Below the pieces are notes generated by a model. The model worked only from the letters and a program-made list of their open reading frames with translations. It was not told where the DNA came from and made no database searches. A stretch of 60,832 bases of DNA, the filler included, from Asterionella formosa (taxonomy: Eukaryota), in NCBI GenBank assembly GCA_002256025.1. It is 16 parts of 16 records of this genome, joined end to end, with 100 filler letters (N's around TTAATTAATTAA, not from the genome) between each part and the next. Parts side by side here need not be neighbours in the genome. Positions count along the whole stretch, not along the records: positions 19,095 to 22,808 come from NKIB01013957.1; positions 22,909 to 26,621 come from NKIB01013958.1; positions 26,722 to 30,431 come from NKIB01013959.1; positions 30,532 to 34,241 come from NKIB01013961.1; positions 34,342 to 38,050 come from NKIB01013962.1; 11 more parts are not named here. One strand, written 5' to 3'. Shown in pieces: positions 21,881 to 35,230 of the stretch (the stretch's first letter is position 1; each line of letters begins with the position of its first letter). A program made the position numbers and the translations under genes.

Positions 21881-24319
21881 CCAGTTTGCTCATCTGGGCA
21901 GCATCTATGATTGTTCATCTGAACACTACTAGGCTTTCCTCCAACTACTTGCTCCAATCAGTTTGTTTTCGAACAGGAATCAAGACTCATGATCAATATT
22001 TACTGAGTTCAGATAGATCATACAAGCACAAGTTAGGTAAGAAAGGAAGGTGTCTTCTGCATGGCAAACATGTTAGTGATTCAATTCATGGCAGCACAGA
22101 CCCTGAAAACTATGTATCTTTGTAAAGATACTGACATTGCCAAACATTTTCTTAATACCGTTACCTAGCTATGACCATTTTCTTAATGCCGTGACTTAGC
22201 TATGTCGACATTGTTGTTGTTGGCAGGTCTGCAAAGGGTTGCAATAACCTGAATGTAAACAGTTCAAGCATAATAAATGGTCTGAAGTACTGCAGAGAGC
22301 TTCTTGTTGATATTGAGAAGCAGAAAGCAATCGAAATGGAACAAGTATCAAGGAGTATGGGTATGCCTGACATCAGAGGTAGACAAGTCTATTTTCATTT
22401 TCCGGAGCTAACAACTTATTACTGGGATATTTACAATCAGGATAATAAGAAAATTTTCTTTTGTTCCTCCCTTACCTTTGGATCCATCCAAGGAAGTAAC
22501 TTCTGCAAACCTACTTGACTATGAAGAAGAAGATATGGAGCTTGGAGCATTTGAAAGTTCACTAAATAAATACATATAGAATACAACCTTATATAAAAAT
22601 TCAATTACATAAATTTTGAAACTAGATTATAAATTTAACCACCCTGTTTTGACATGGTTATGACCACATATTGAATCATCAGTGTGTATGTTGTTATTTT
22701 GTTGTTTCAGTTTGGCGACAGTTTGTCCATTTATTTGCTTTATAGCTGGCAACAAAAAGAAATGAATCCATGGAGAACCACTTCTTTTACTGTTATCCAA
22801 AGCTCCTCNNNNNNNNNNNNNNNNNNNNNNNNNNNNNNNNNNNNNNNNNNNNTTAATTAATTAANNNNNNNNNNNNNNNNNNNNNNNNNNNNNNNNNNNN
22901 NNNNNNNNCAAAGGTAGCCAAAAAATCACAATAGTTAACTTTAGTATTATCGGCTTGAGACATCATCACAACTGCATAGATACGGATAAGCTAGTGCACA
23001 GTTGCTGTGCGTAAAAAAGAATGAAGGCCGTATTTCAAATTGAATTTAAACAGGATTTATCTGAAAATTTGTGATAAAAAATTCTCTTTTGATAAATGTA
23101 GATTCTTTTCTAAAGTGTTCAAGGGACAGTTAGTATCACAATGACTGATCTTTTATTAGGAAATTTGTAGATAAACGACAAGTCATCAAGCAAGCAGACT
23201 GTGTTTCATGATGCAATTTATCTTGGTTTAAATGAACATCACCAAAAACAGCAATCGAAACAACATAATGATGATGGATTTTACTATGTTTGTTGATGTG
23301 AGAAAAAACTTTAAGTATCTGGTATGTGTTGTGGCACCACCGGGGAGCAAGAAGCAGGACAACGCTTTGGAAGTTGGATGAGCCAGCTAGTTACCGAAAA
23401 AAAGGGATGAGATTTCTGATTTGTTAACAAAAAAAGGATCATCTTTATCAGCAAAATCAAGATTCAAAATCTTGACTGCAATAAAGAAATATTTGACTTT
23501 TTTCCGGGTTGATTCACCAGTCAGAATTTTTAATCAGAAATTGTCAGTTTGGAACCTTTAGATGGCTCATTGTATGATGGCACTTAAAAAAACTGGTTCA
23601 ACTAGCTGCCAGTAATCAGTACTAGTAGGTAGTCACACAACTGTCCCGGCCATTGTGCTATTTGCTTGTCTCATTTCTTATTCCTATAAAGTACCTAGAC
23701 TACACTATACCCTGACAAGGTTTTTAGTTGATCCAAGGGCGACCCCCAGCCAAATTTCACAGCCAAGACTCAATTTGACTCAACTTACTTCCAAAGCGAC
23801 CACTAGACACCAGCCTGGCACTCCAAGCGATGTACTAGTAAAACTCCTTTATAGCAAGCCTATTGTATTCTCTAAATTAAAGATTTAGAACATAATGCTG
23901 ATAGTTTTCACTCCTTATTCGATTTGATGCATCAATGATCACTGCTTGATCAGGGGCGGCAGGGTCACACAAAACCGTGTGGGGAGTAATCCCCCTTTGT
24001 GTGGTAGCCCAATAACTACCTTCAGGTTGAGTAATTCCTGTTCGTGTGATAGTCCAATAACTATCTCCAGGTTTAGGTTTATCAGATACATCGCCATTAT
24101 GGACGTACTGCATATATACAGGCATTGCGATGTGGGTAGCAGGAGTTGTATAGCAAATGCGATGCTGCAGGAGCATAATAAACCTTCACAGATCCATGCA
24201 CCAAGGGGTAGTGACGCACCACATGGGTACAGGGAGCCAGTCCTCAGCAGCAATGAACCACCTGACCCTTTATGGAAGAGGTCGAAAGTTGAGCATATTT
24301 GCGCACCTCGTCGTTTCCA

Positions 24320-24933
24320 GACTAGTAGTCCAGCAGGACAGCAATTCCAAAAGAAATGAAGACAATCAGTAGGTCCAATGCAAGCAGGGAATCCAAGAGT
24401 GCGATAGTAGTCTTGAATATGTTTAATGGAATCAACTGATTCAGGAAACACAATCCATTTGTTCTGTTTCAAGGTCATCTACTAAACAAATCCATGAAAG
24501 AAAATCCTTTTTTTGTATGCTGATTCCAGTGAGTTCCTCAAGTGAATCAAAAGGTTCATCCCTACAAGCTAGAACTCGCATTGTAGCGAAGTCAAGGATG
24601 CAACAATGATCATATGGCTCTTGTCTCTTATTGTCATTATTAAGCCTGGTATCAGTTTCACTTGAATTATTCCCTGCAGAGGCAATTGAAAACTTTGAAG
24701 GGGACCCGAAATCTGTCCCTGAAAACAGCACTAAGCCTTTAAAGTGGGTTTCATATGCTAACCGTCATAGATGTACTGTTGGTGCATTCTTCGGCCTTGA
24801 AAATGTATTGAGAGTAGAAATGTGACCTCTTTGATGGTTCAGGACCAAACTTAAGCCGTACCCTCCTCTTTTGAACATCCTTCAGTGCTGATGTTTCTTC
24901 ATCCTCTGAGCGATCCTCAGCAATCAAGTCCAT
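24320..24933 (-). pseudogene. Degenerate PIF/Harbinger transposase
   Basis: FRVPFKVF, MRVLA..FDSLEELTGIS and YRTLGFPACIGPTDCLHFFWNCCPAG are split over frames. Confidence 0.8.
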
Positions 24934-25639
24934 CGCCTCAATGACTACAACATTGTAGACAGTATCTTACCAAGGATCATCAGTAGAATCCCTCTGGGAA
25001 GACAGCAACAAGGAGGACAAGGAGGCCACGGGATGTTTTAAAATGCAAAGGTAGATTCCTCAATATATCATTCCATATGCACATCTCAATGCCTGATTCC
25101 GGTCTCATTCTTTCTTTGCCTAAAAATGCATAAGCTTCATTGCATTTCATTCCCATTTCATTAGCAACCCAAGGATTGGTGGCTGCTTTGTATATACATG
25201 ACATAAGATGAATGTTATTTGATCGCGGTGGGTCCTGATCTTTAACTTATGAATGGATTGTACTTCATGACATTTCGTTGTAAATCGAACATTTATAATT
25301 AATATATACCATGGATAGCAGGTATGATCCCATCTTTTCTTCCTTTGCCCATACTCTTTCATAAAACATGCATGATGCTCCAAAATTTTAATCCCTCAGC
25401 TTCTTGTATCCTGCAACAGAAGTACCTGGGCTTAGTACATTCTGCGAGTTTGCTCATTTGTCTAGCTGGTTAATTTATGATGGATTTTGTACAAAATACC
25501 ATGTCCTGTGTGGTGGATATATCAGTGTTTATCTGCATGTCATTGATTCTTATAATGATAGAGAACATTTACATAATGGGTTGTTGTATTTTGATACACC
25601 TATTAAGGATTATGTTTACACATGGAAAATTATAGCTGC

Positions 25640-26621
25640 AAACTATACAGATACTGAAAGCTGCTGTTATGGCTGAAATAAATGTATTTAAGCAACCACA
25701 AGTCATCAAGCACAATTCCAAAGGAAATGGTATGTTGAAGAAACTGACTCATTGGGATATCGATAAACTCCAACCGACCTCAAATGTTGGTCTTCAAAAT
25801 TAAAAAGGGATTTAAATGGAACTGGTCCATTTGTCTGGTTACCTATGCATACATCAACAAGCTTTTGAATGAATGAAAGCATTGTTAGTGGCAGATACAC
25901 TCATGTGTTATCCTGATCGTAATTTTCCTTTCCATATTTTGCTGATGTTTCTGATTTTCAATTATGAAACTTTTAAAGAATTCCGCTCTATGTCATTGAA
26001 TGCGGTTCTACATGTTCACACGACTGAGCATCGTATTTTTATTTATAATACCCTACACAGACACTCAACATCTTCTCTGGTGGAGGTTTTATCTTGAAGA
26101 ATATCTTCTTCTTACTTTTCACGATGTGAAGGGTAATGATAATGCTAACTATTACAGAGTCTATCTCTCGCCTCCCGAGGCTTGAGTCTTAGGTGGGGGA
26201 TGATATTGGGCCGAAATCTCCAGCATCAACATCCACTTCTACATTTTCAATTGAATTAGATGATGAACCTTTGCTTACCTCTTTACTCAATCATCCAATC
26301 TTGGCATGCAATATTCAATATCATATGGATTATAAATCAATACATGATAGACAATTGCTGGAGATACAATTGATTCTCAATCAAACAACACCTCTCATTC
26401 TCAATCAACAAACACATCCGTTAAAATTTCCCTCTATCAATTTTCATGATATAGATTTAAAATGTTTTGTGAAGAATCCAGGAGATACTTGGCATATTGC
26501 TATTCCTACATCACTATTGGATCCTATTATTAATTGGCATCATCAGATGTTAGCTCATGTGGGTATGACAAGATTAAATGGTACAATTTCTACACATTTT
26601 TTATTACCCTCCATTAAAAGC
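25640..26621 (+). pseudogene. Degenerate Ty3/Gypsy pol (RT end, RNase H, integrase zinc finger)
   Basis: MKALLVADTLMCYPD..PFHI, ETFKEFRSM, WRFYLEEY..VKGNDN and IINWHHQMLAHVGMTRL appear in RT-RH-IN order with frameshifts. Confidence 0.82.
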
Positions 26622-26721
26622 NNNNNNNNNNNNNNNNNNNNNNNNNNNNNNNNNNNNNNNNNNNNTTAATTAATTAANNNNNNNNNNNNNNNNNNNNNNN
26701 NNNNNNNNNNNNNNNNNNNNN

Positions 26722-27949
26722 AAAAATTTGGAACACCAATCAACTTCTTCGATGGATTCTTAGAATCATTCTTGAAAGAAAAACTGAAACGTCCAAGTAA
26801 AAGAGTATATTGTCATACTATTCCATGGAATGAGGATTCATTACCCTCATTTGATTAAAAAAATTTGGAACACCTATCAACTTCTTCGATGGATTCTTAG
26901 AATCATTCTTGAAAGAAAAATTGAAACGTCCAAGCAAAAGAGTAAATGGTCATACAAACTGTCTACAACACATTATATTATTGAGGAGTTGTGACGAAGG
27001 AAGACAATATTCACTTGCCAGGAGGAAAGTTCTCTTCCCCAGTGAATATGTTATGTCCCTGTTGGCTGGTAAAGGATGAAAATACTGATACATCAACAAA
27101 TACTGATACATAAATATCTGATGAATCTGATGTCAATGATATAGATTCAAGCGATATACCCATTCATAAGACATCCATTCTTATGAAACCCAAAATAATT
27201 CAATTCTTGGCAGAAAAAGATGACAGTGGAATTTGGTACATTTCCGGAAGGACTAAGCAATCAAAAACTGAACCAAAACAATCAGATGGGACAGTCTACT
27301 TCCGCCTATTCCGCCCTGACAACGACCACTGGAAAGCAGCGGTTAAGAACTTCGTAAACTCTGCCGTTCAGCGCTGTAATGACAAAATTTCTATTGGAAC
27401 TATATCTGTAGAGGTACTCAGGATCGATTTCTATTACCATGTTACTATTGTTTCCAAAGATGACAATGCAAAAACAATTTTGAGATGCAATCCAATTTGG
27501 AACAAAAAGGATAATAGTATTTATCAAGTAACCAAGAATTCCTGGTTTGATTGGGTTGAAGTGAATTGGGAAAGTCGGAATGGTAATTAATACACGGGCC
27601 ACTGTTTAATGGGGGAACGCACGTCATTTACTCGGATGTATTGAATCACTCCTGGCATCCTATTGTTCGTTGAGAAGCACCAAGAATATGACCGCCCATG
27701 ATCGCATGTCTTTTACTACATGAGATTATATTTGTGATGACTATACTGGTTTAAGCGTTGTTTGTTGAGCATAACAACATATTTTGCACAGCGTTTGTAG
27801 TCCCTGCTTTACCGCCAGGTACACCCAGAACATGTATGAGTTCAAGAGAAACCGTATCCGCCATGGAAAACACTGATTATTATATAGCATTGCTACCGCC
27901 ACGAGATCAATGGAAATTGATTGGTTGGGATATTTATTTAGCTAAGTAG
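26722..27949 (+). pseudogene. C-terminal part of a Plavaka-like transposase, degenerate, with a 137-bp-period internal duplication (copies at 26722 and 26859)
   Basis: HYPHLIKKFGTPINFFDGFLESFLKEKLKRP and ILRCNPIW..SWFDWVEVNW motifs, with stops and frameshifts. Confidence 0.65.
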
Positions 27950-28228
27950 CTACGGAGGCAACGATATCATCTTGCTTCACTTAAATTTAGAAAATACTCC
28001 GCTCATCAAGTGCATACTAGGTTGTTACAAATTCATTAGATATATTTTAATCATTTTTATTGCGCATTCTTACTAGTCTATTCCTAGATTTGTCTTCATT
28101 GTGCTCCATGGCCCATAGGAGGTGGGGTGTTGGGAATTTATTAGATATTTATGCATGTTCTCTTTTTTTTCGAGGACCTGATGATGAATACTATGAACTG
28201 TAATCCAAATTTGACAATGCTTTTCAAA

Positions 28229-28642
28229 TTATGCCAAGAAGCCTGTTCCTCTTTTCTTCTGTATCAATTCTGGTATTAACAACATTTGTACACTTGTCTT
28301 TGTTCTCGTCATAGTATAATTCCAAATGGAGCTCTTCCATGTCTTGTTCGATTTCTTCTTTTGTTGCTTCATCCATTTCACTATCAGCTTGGCTCTAATG
28401 TTCTCGTGTCCCTCATATTTTTTCTTCAACCATGCAACGGCTTCAACTCCTTCAAGTATAGTGAATCTCGGGCCTTTGGGATCTATAAAATCCAGCACCT
28501 TGTTTTCAAAAGACACCAATTCATTCAATTTAGCATCATGGTCAACTTCTCCATCGTCAGAATCGCAGTCAGATTCTCCTTCGTTTTCTGCATCGCTACT
28601 AAATCCCTTTTTATGGAAGCCAGCGAAGATGATTAGGTCCAC
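28229..28642 (-). pseudogene. Acidic/basic ORF remnant of unknown function, possibly an accessory gene of the adjacent element
   Basis: 137-aa ORF with an acidic tract and an apparent frameshift near the 3' end; convergent with the Plavaka-like remnant. Confidence 0.3.
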
Positions 28643-29363
28643 AATAATCTCGCCGCGACATCATGTATGCTGAGGGTTGATGAGTGATCGTTCAAGTGCG
28701 CAAATGCGCTCTTTATCATCGAATTACAGCGCCGTAGAACGCCTGTTCAGGGCCGTCCAGTCCCTCATCCGTATTGTCCTCAATAGGCTCCGACAGCTTT
28801 GATTGAGGCCATCAGAGTCAATTCGAACACAACGATGTGCATGTGTATGACTAGCAGCCGTCACGGTAGTGTCATCGAGCCAACTGATTTCCGTGAGGCA
28901 AAAAATATTGGTTGTTTATATGAAGGCTATGTACTGGTAGGCTAGGGTTTAAGGGTTTATCAAAAGAGGGGGACTAAATATCTTTTTCCTTTTATTATTA
29001 TCTGAGCGCCCATTGTTATCAGAGTTTGCCCAAAGTGGTTCAAAGAAAAAATGTCACCATGCATCTGAATTTTGCTCGAGATGACCGTTAGTGAAAATCG
29101 AAAAAGCCATAGACATTTCTTAAATGTACAGTACAGTAGTTGCCAATTATAGTCATTAGATACATATAAAAAATATACCGGTATACACATGGATCTTTGA
29201 GGGAATTTCGGTCGTTCAGTCTGTCATGTCTGTCCAACTAATTAATTCTCGGTCTGCACAATGATCTCTGTCCATGCATCATTTACCAGTAGCAAGGGCC
29301 TGTCTGTCCACCTTCTTTTCCCTTCCACAGACTCCGTCTTCCCTACCGGTATATGTTTACCGG

Positions 29364-30431
29364 TACCACTTAAAAACTGTAAGCCACCGCTACGGCGACT
29401 TTTGAACTGTAAGCCACCGCTAAACGGAGTAAACGCACGGTTTGAACTTAGTTTACAAGATACGCTATTTATTGTCACGAGCGAGTTGTTCAGATTTATA
29501 TAGCGAGTAAATACTTCCGTACTTGTATTGTTGCATTGTGTACATTGTTAATTAGGTATTATCGCCCAAAGGTTGCTGTCGACGTGAAATTGCGAAAATT
29601 GGATATTTTCACGTTTACTCGATTGAGCAAGCATCACCTTTTATATACGTATTCAGGTATGAGAATATTCCTCCGCTAGAAAACTAATTTAGTATCCTCT
29701 AAAATTTATTTAATATGACTACGACGGCATTGCGCTTTCGCTCGTGCGCCATAATAAAGAGATAATTTCATTAATGGAAAACGTCAAATAGGAATTCCTG
29801 GTGCGCCCGAATTATGAGTACAAAAATTAAATGCAAACACACAACAATCACCCATCACCCATCACAACACCAACACCATGACATCGAAAGCGCCTCGACA
29901 AGGCAATGCCTTGCCTCGAAAGAAATTGTCTCCTGAAGAGTTGGTCAGTGTTCAGATTTGTCTTAACAATGTGATTAGGGAGCTATAAGCTAAGAAGGCT
30001 AAGAATGGTGGAAAAATGCCTTATGGTGCTATTTCTAGGACAGTATCAGCTAAGCAATGCATTTTCCCTTGGATATCTGTTAACCAAGTGAAGAATGAAC
30101 TAAAACAAAGTGCTAAACTAGAAGTTAAGTCTAGTACTACTAGTATGTATACTACTTCTGGTTCGTCCCTCTTTCAGCCATCAACTGCAACCATGGTGTC
30201 TACATTGACACCTGACCATTGTGGCCCTACTAAACCCCAACTCTTGAATGCTGATGGCAGCTTTGCCTTGTTATTTCCCAGTAATCTCATTCATAATTCA
30301 TATAAAATTGTCGAGGAGGAAGAAGATGACAACAATGAAGGTGTGAGTGAGCATTATGATAGTCAGTTTACAATGATGGGCACTTTGGCATATGAAACTG
30401 GAAACAATGGTGTGCTTACCTGGGGAAGTTT
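29364..30431 (+). mobile_element. Left end of a TA|CCAC-family DNA transposon with a disrupted ORF (29878-30431, in-frame TAA at 29986), possibly the N-terminus of a pogo-like transposase
   Basis: TA|CCACTTAAAAACTG terminus; AACTGTAAGCCACCGCTA repeated at a 30-bp period; ORF ..NGGKMPYGAISRTV..FPWISVNQVKN. Confidence 0.55.
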
Positions 30432-31058
30432 NNNNNNNNNNNNNNNNNNNNNNNNNNNNNNNNNNNNNNNNNNNNTTAATTAATTAANNNNNNNNNNNNN
30501 NNNNNNNNNNNNNNNNNNNNNNNNNNNNNNNTAGTCGTTTGATTAGTTCGACTAAACTTATTCCATGCCTTGCGAGAATCTAAATCCAGGTCGTCTTAAC
30601 CAAAGGTAAAGCAGGTTGTGGTTGTTTATGTTCTGCTTGATATCTGTACTGAATAGGAAAGCGTCATTCTTGTAACAATTTCTGCTATTCTTGTCATGGT
30701 CAAGGTTAAAACAAACATGATGCAGGATGTGCCCTACAGTTGTCAGGATTCAACAAGTAGGTTCTGGGTAATTATGAGCTTAATGATTAGTGTATCTATA
30801 TTAGCTCCTAGTCCAAGGGGACTCACAAGGGTCTTGATGAGAAGGGCATGTACTAGGTGTCAAGAGTCCATGCTAGGTGTCATGTTTTTGCCTAGCATTG
30901 GTATGTCTATTCTAGAGATACTAGTAACCGTGTGTATGGCATCACGTACTAATCTTGATCACTCTCATGTACATGTATATATACTACGTATGGGTTCCAT
31001 GGTAGTCGTGTGTGTAATGTAAAAGGGTACACCTTTCACTTATGGTTGACGTGGTATA

Positions 31059-31210
31059 CATAAACAGTGTGTATTGTGTAAATCTCTACAGTGAGAGTAA
31101 ACAAGCATATGGTCTGTATAGAAGAGCCTACAAGGTTGCGGTTATATAGGACTTATACCATCTAATGATATAGTAGATCCAGCGTGGTACATACTGTACC
31201 GTAGGTCAGG
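31059..31210 (+). repeat. About 150-bp dispersed repeat (LTR-like fragment), second copy at 52450-52603
   Basis: Shared TGTGTATTGTGTAAATCTCTACAGTGA..ATATGGTCTGT.TAGAAGAGCCTA..GGACTTATACCATC..ATACTGTACC. Confidence 0.85.
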
Positions 31211-31399
31211 ATGCTCCAGCCAATCACAACAACCTCACTTTAGCTTTTTGTGTATGCAAAAGACTTGCATCATCTCGGCTAAATATTACTATCCTTTGTA
31301 GTGCTTACAAAGGGATACCTTGGGCACCCTGAGCATGAATCCAGCCATACTTATTTTGCTCCTGTAACTCTTGCTAGTGGTAGTTGAAAGGTGGATAAA

Positions 31400-32640
31400 T
31401 TAGTGGTCATCATGATACAACACTGCAGACCACAACAGTATTTTTCTGTGTCCATTTCACCGCAGTCTGGTACATTGTATTAGGAAATGAACACAATTTT
31501 TCACGCCCATTTTAATTTAATTGTAGACTCTATCATTGTCATTCTTGCACCTCATAAATCGTGAAATATGCCGAAAATACGGAAAACTGCATTGATGATG
31601 GTGGAGTCTGCAAAGTAAGTTTGATGCAATTGATGCATATTTTGAGCTTCTTCTTCTTACACCTCGTCCTCCTCTCTAAATTACAGTCTTCCATGAACGA
31701 AAATTCAAGATTCAATGAAAAATGGATGTCGTTTTCAAGGCTTTGTTGTTGGCTCTTTTCATGGTGGCGGTGTGTTGTTGGTTGTTTCATTCAATGTCTT
31801 GTTATTTGTTCATTGCAAACACTCACACAAGTAATCTAGCTCGTGCTTCAGAAAAAATGCCTTGTGACATTCCAGATTCAAAATAAGGTGCTAAGAACAA
31901 CAATGATTGGTCTGAGCGTTTTGAACTTGTTTTCAATTCAGCAACTCTCACCGATTTTTCATCTCCCTCCTATTTTAGGAATAATTGCTGCTTGTCATGT
32001 ACATTCAGTCAACAACCAGCAATGACCAGATGCTAGTGATACAGTAGCTGATGCTGGGATTCCAGTGAAAGTGGCGGAATAATGGTTGATACTGCTAGAA
32101 AGACGACCCAAAGGATTACATCAAAAGCAAGCAAGCAGGGGACTGATTCCATAGCAACATGCCTTTATTCCACAATCTTCGCACCTGTTCCCATATCAGC
32201 ATGCTCCTGTTCCGCAATTTTCTAAACTACCAATTTTACTAGCTAGCCACACAGTCTAAATATAGTCCTGGTAGCTATTACAACAATATCATTATATCAA
32301 TAGAACTTTCAGTTTAGTTTGTTTATTCATAGAAATTATAGATGATCGCTGTGAATAAGAATTGTTGTCGTTGATCAAGATATTATTTGATTGGATGCAC
32401 AAAATATTGTTAGTTTGCCCCCAAAACAATGTGGGTTTCAAAAAAAAATTATGAATGTTGTCGAAACTAATTTAGCTCATTCCTATCATAAATGTTATGT
32501 GATGTATCATATTTTTTTTTGATGTCATACCCTGAAATTATGTATGTAGCCGAATTCACAATATTGGGCCACCCAAATAATTAATTTGGGTGATCATATT
32601 TTGACTAGTGTTTTTCTGGATTCTGTACCAATAATTGGCA
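31400..32640 (+). repeat. Second copy of the 1.2-kb intron-bearing repeat, abutting the broken 3' end of a pogo-like pseudogene
   Basis: Inverted homolog of 1770-2945; GT..AG introns at 31615-31686, 31770-31851 and 31888-31978. Confidence 0.8.
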
Positions 32641-32659
32641 TTGTAGATGTGCTGTTTAG

Positions 32660-34241
32660 GATTCTGTTCAACAGGACAACAACAAAATTCATCAGCTGTA
32701 TTTCATGATTCAGCAAGCATGTATAGTTCAGCGGTCCCCAGCCTCCTCGCTCGCTCTGCAACCGCTTTTTGTTTGTGTGTAATGTAATCTCGCAAAAAAA
32801 TTCCAAGTATGTGCAACAATTCCGAATACATATGTCTTCTAGATTGCATTTGGAAGTTGGTAAAAGTCTCCTTGGTGAGTAAGTCTTTCTTTGCTTGTGT
32901 GAGGTGCATCTTGAAACATCCATTCTGTTTCATTGAATTTTCCAACTTGCCAATATGATGTTCTATAGGGGACCCCAATACACATGCCATGCATGGAGGT
33001 GATTATTGATGTATTCAAGGAAGGTCAGGTCGAATCGGGATCCGTGGCAATCAAGCAAAAGGAAGGGAGGGATGCCATCTGACCGGTCAAATGTGTTCGA
33101 TGAATCAATTTTTTCGATCATTGCAACCAAGAGTTCAGCAGAGATAGATCCAGGTTCTAAGCAGCCAAACATATTCGGCAACATGGTTCCGTTTAGCATG
33201 CATATTGTTGGCAGGAATATTGACATGAGTAGCTACCAACACATTCAGCAGAGGGATCAAGTCCTTGAACCCAACCAATCTCCATTTGTTTTGAGGCGAA
33301 AATAATTGCACACATTACAGTGCAGCCATCAGCAGCAGTGAATCTTAAAACAGAGGAATGTGCATCCTTGAGAGCACATCGTTGTTGTTGTCTTCCGGCG
33401 TCATTGACTTCAAACTTCTCACCCCCAATCTGTCCATCCTTTGCCTGGCTGGTGTTGGTTCCGACTTAGCTTCGTTTAAAAAACCAGCTTATCTAGTCTG
33501 GTCAATTTATATTTTGTTTGCAATCTAAATGTCTTCCCTTCAGTTTCAACAACACCACCTTCCTTGTTGTTTCACACCTCCTTCTCCAGCTACTCAGCAA
33601 TCTTTCCTTCGCCAACTCCTTGTAAATTTCGGGATAAATTACTTTGAAGTTCTGGTAGGTACACCAGTCCACCTGTTCGTTTTCGCCTTAACATTCAGCC
33701 CATTCCGCTTCTTGAATCCTTGCCAGTACCCCTTTCCCAATTCGTTTGTCAAATGCTACTTATCCCTGAATAAAAAACAATGATTATGACGCCAATTTTG
33801 AATGTTTGCCATTATTTACTTTCTGGTTACAAGTGAATTTGCAAATTGTAGCCCTTCTTGCTATGTGATGGGCAAATGCATTTTGCCTAACTGATCAATG
33901 AGCTCCACAATGTTATGTTCCACTGCAAGCATGGGTGAGATGTGAGCTGTGTTTGTCTCAGTTTTGTTGTTTCGGTTTGCAGGTGTTCTAACTGTTTCGA
34001 AATTATTAATGACAGCACGAGGAATGATACCAAGCGCCTCCTTTTCTCTAAATAATAGTATAGCTACAGGTAGCTAATAAGCGTATTTCTCTTGACTTGT
34101 GATTCTCCTCCCCCTTTTCTTTTTCCTCTTCTCTCACCCTCATGTATTCTGCTGCCAAATTGAAAATGCATTCTTTCACTTCTCAGACATGATGGAGATG
34201 GCTAGTACACCACTGGTAACTCCCTTTGGAAAACCATCATA
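32660..34241 (-). pseudogene. Degenerate pogo-like (Tc1/mariner, DDE_1-type) transposase
   Basis: LGKGYWQGFKKRN, WCTYQNFK, GTNTSQAKDGQIGGEKF, FTAADG..MCAIIF, PPFLLLDCHGSRFDLTFLEYIN, QNGCFKMHLTQAK, GWGPLNY; many stops and frameshifts. Confidence 0.82.
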
Positions 34242-34496
34242 NNNNNNNNNNNNNNNNNNNNNNNNNNNNNNNNNNNNNNNNNNNNTTAATTAATTAANNN
34301 NNNNNNNNNNNNNNNNNNNNNNNNNNNNNNNNNNNNNNNNNGATGGCTGTTGGATCACAGTGGGTCGAAGATTGAAGCCAAGGTTCATCGTGATGTCACA
34401 ACCTATGACACCGGTTACCTCCTGGGCACGCAATGACGTGTGGCACCGAATCCAGGTCGATGTTTAGTGATATATTTGTTTGGTTTCACCTCCCAT

Positions 34497-34690
34497 GTAT
34501 TCGAGGGGACTGAACGAATATTGCAGTGCAGTATGGGCGTGTGGATGAATGTACCGTTTCATACGGTACAGGGGACTAACTAGTCGTTAGAGTGTTTTAG
34601 CGATAATACAGCGTGCAAGCTTGGAGCAGCGAATGCGCTAGAACGGCGTAGGTTTATATATCTTTAAGTCTATCTTTTCAACCTTTATCT
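34497..34690 (+). mobile_element. Putative polypurine tract and start of a 3' LTR (Copia)
   Basis: TTCGAGGGGAC|TGAACG at 34500-34516. The LTR end is not defined. Confidence 0.35.
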
Positions 34691-34924
34691 TTCTTTCCTT
34701 GTGCACCATGTAAGTTGTTCTGCCGACAACACTAGCGTATTTATTCGAAGGAGGAGGCGGAGGATCAAAGGAAGTCGCTTAGCTACCGGTAGTCTGTACC
34801 CTGTAGTTTTTGAATAATTGTAGCACCACTTTTCCTGTAAATTCCTTATTCTTACGCAGCTAGTACTAAGCCTATCTAAACTGCCCATCAATAAATAATA
34901 TGACTATGCATTTGTAAATTGGTA

Positions 34925-34993
34925 TTTTAGGAGTCAAAATGGTTCAGGATAAATTTGAATTATCGATGCAACTGTTACTAGACAGAGGGAGTA
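34925..34993 (-). mobile_element. Tc1/mariner (Stowaway-like) terminus TA|CTCCCTCTG; related copy at 57601-57669
   Basis: Both copies read GAGT.AAAATG....GA.AAATTT.AA..AT.G.TGCAACT.TT.....CAGAGGGAG|TA. Confidence 0.65.
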
Positions 34994-35230
34994 CTTGGTG
35001 CCGGTAGTATACGCGAGATGGTACTGGCACCTGGTGGTAGTCTACCATGCATGAAGACGAATAGAATTTCGTTTACATTCCACTAGAACAAATTATATCA
35101 CCGGCATTGTTCGATTCAAAGACACTTTACCAGTACAAAAGTAAATTGCCATGTACAGCAGTACCGTAGAGCTATGGATTCGTGTTTTGGTTGTGATCTA
35201 CCATCCATTCATCAAGCAGAGGCGAGGTCT

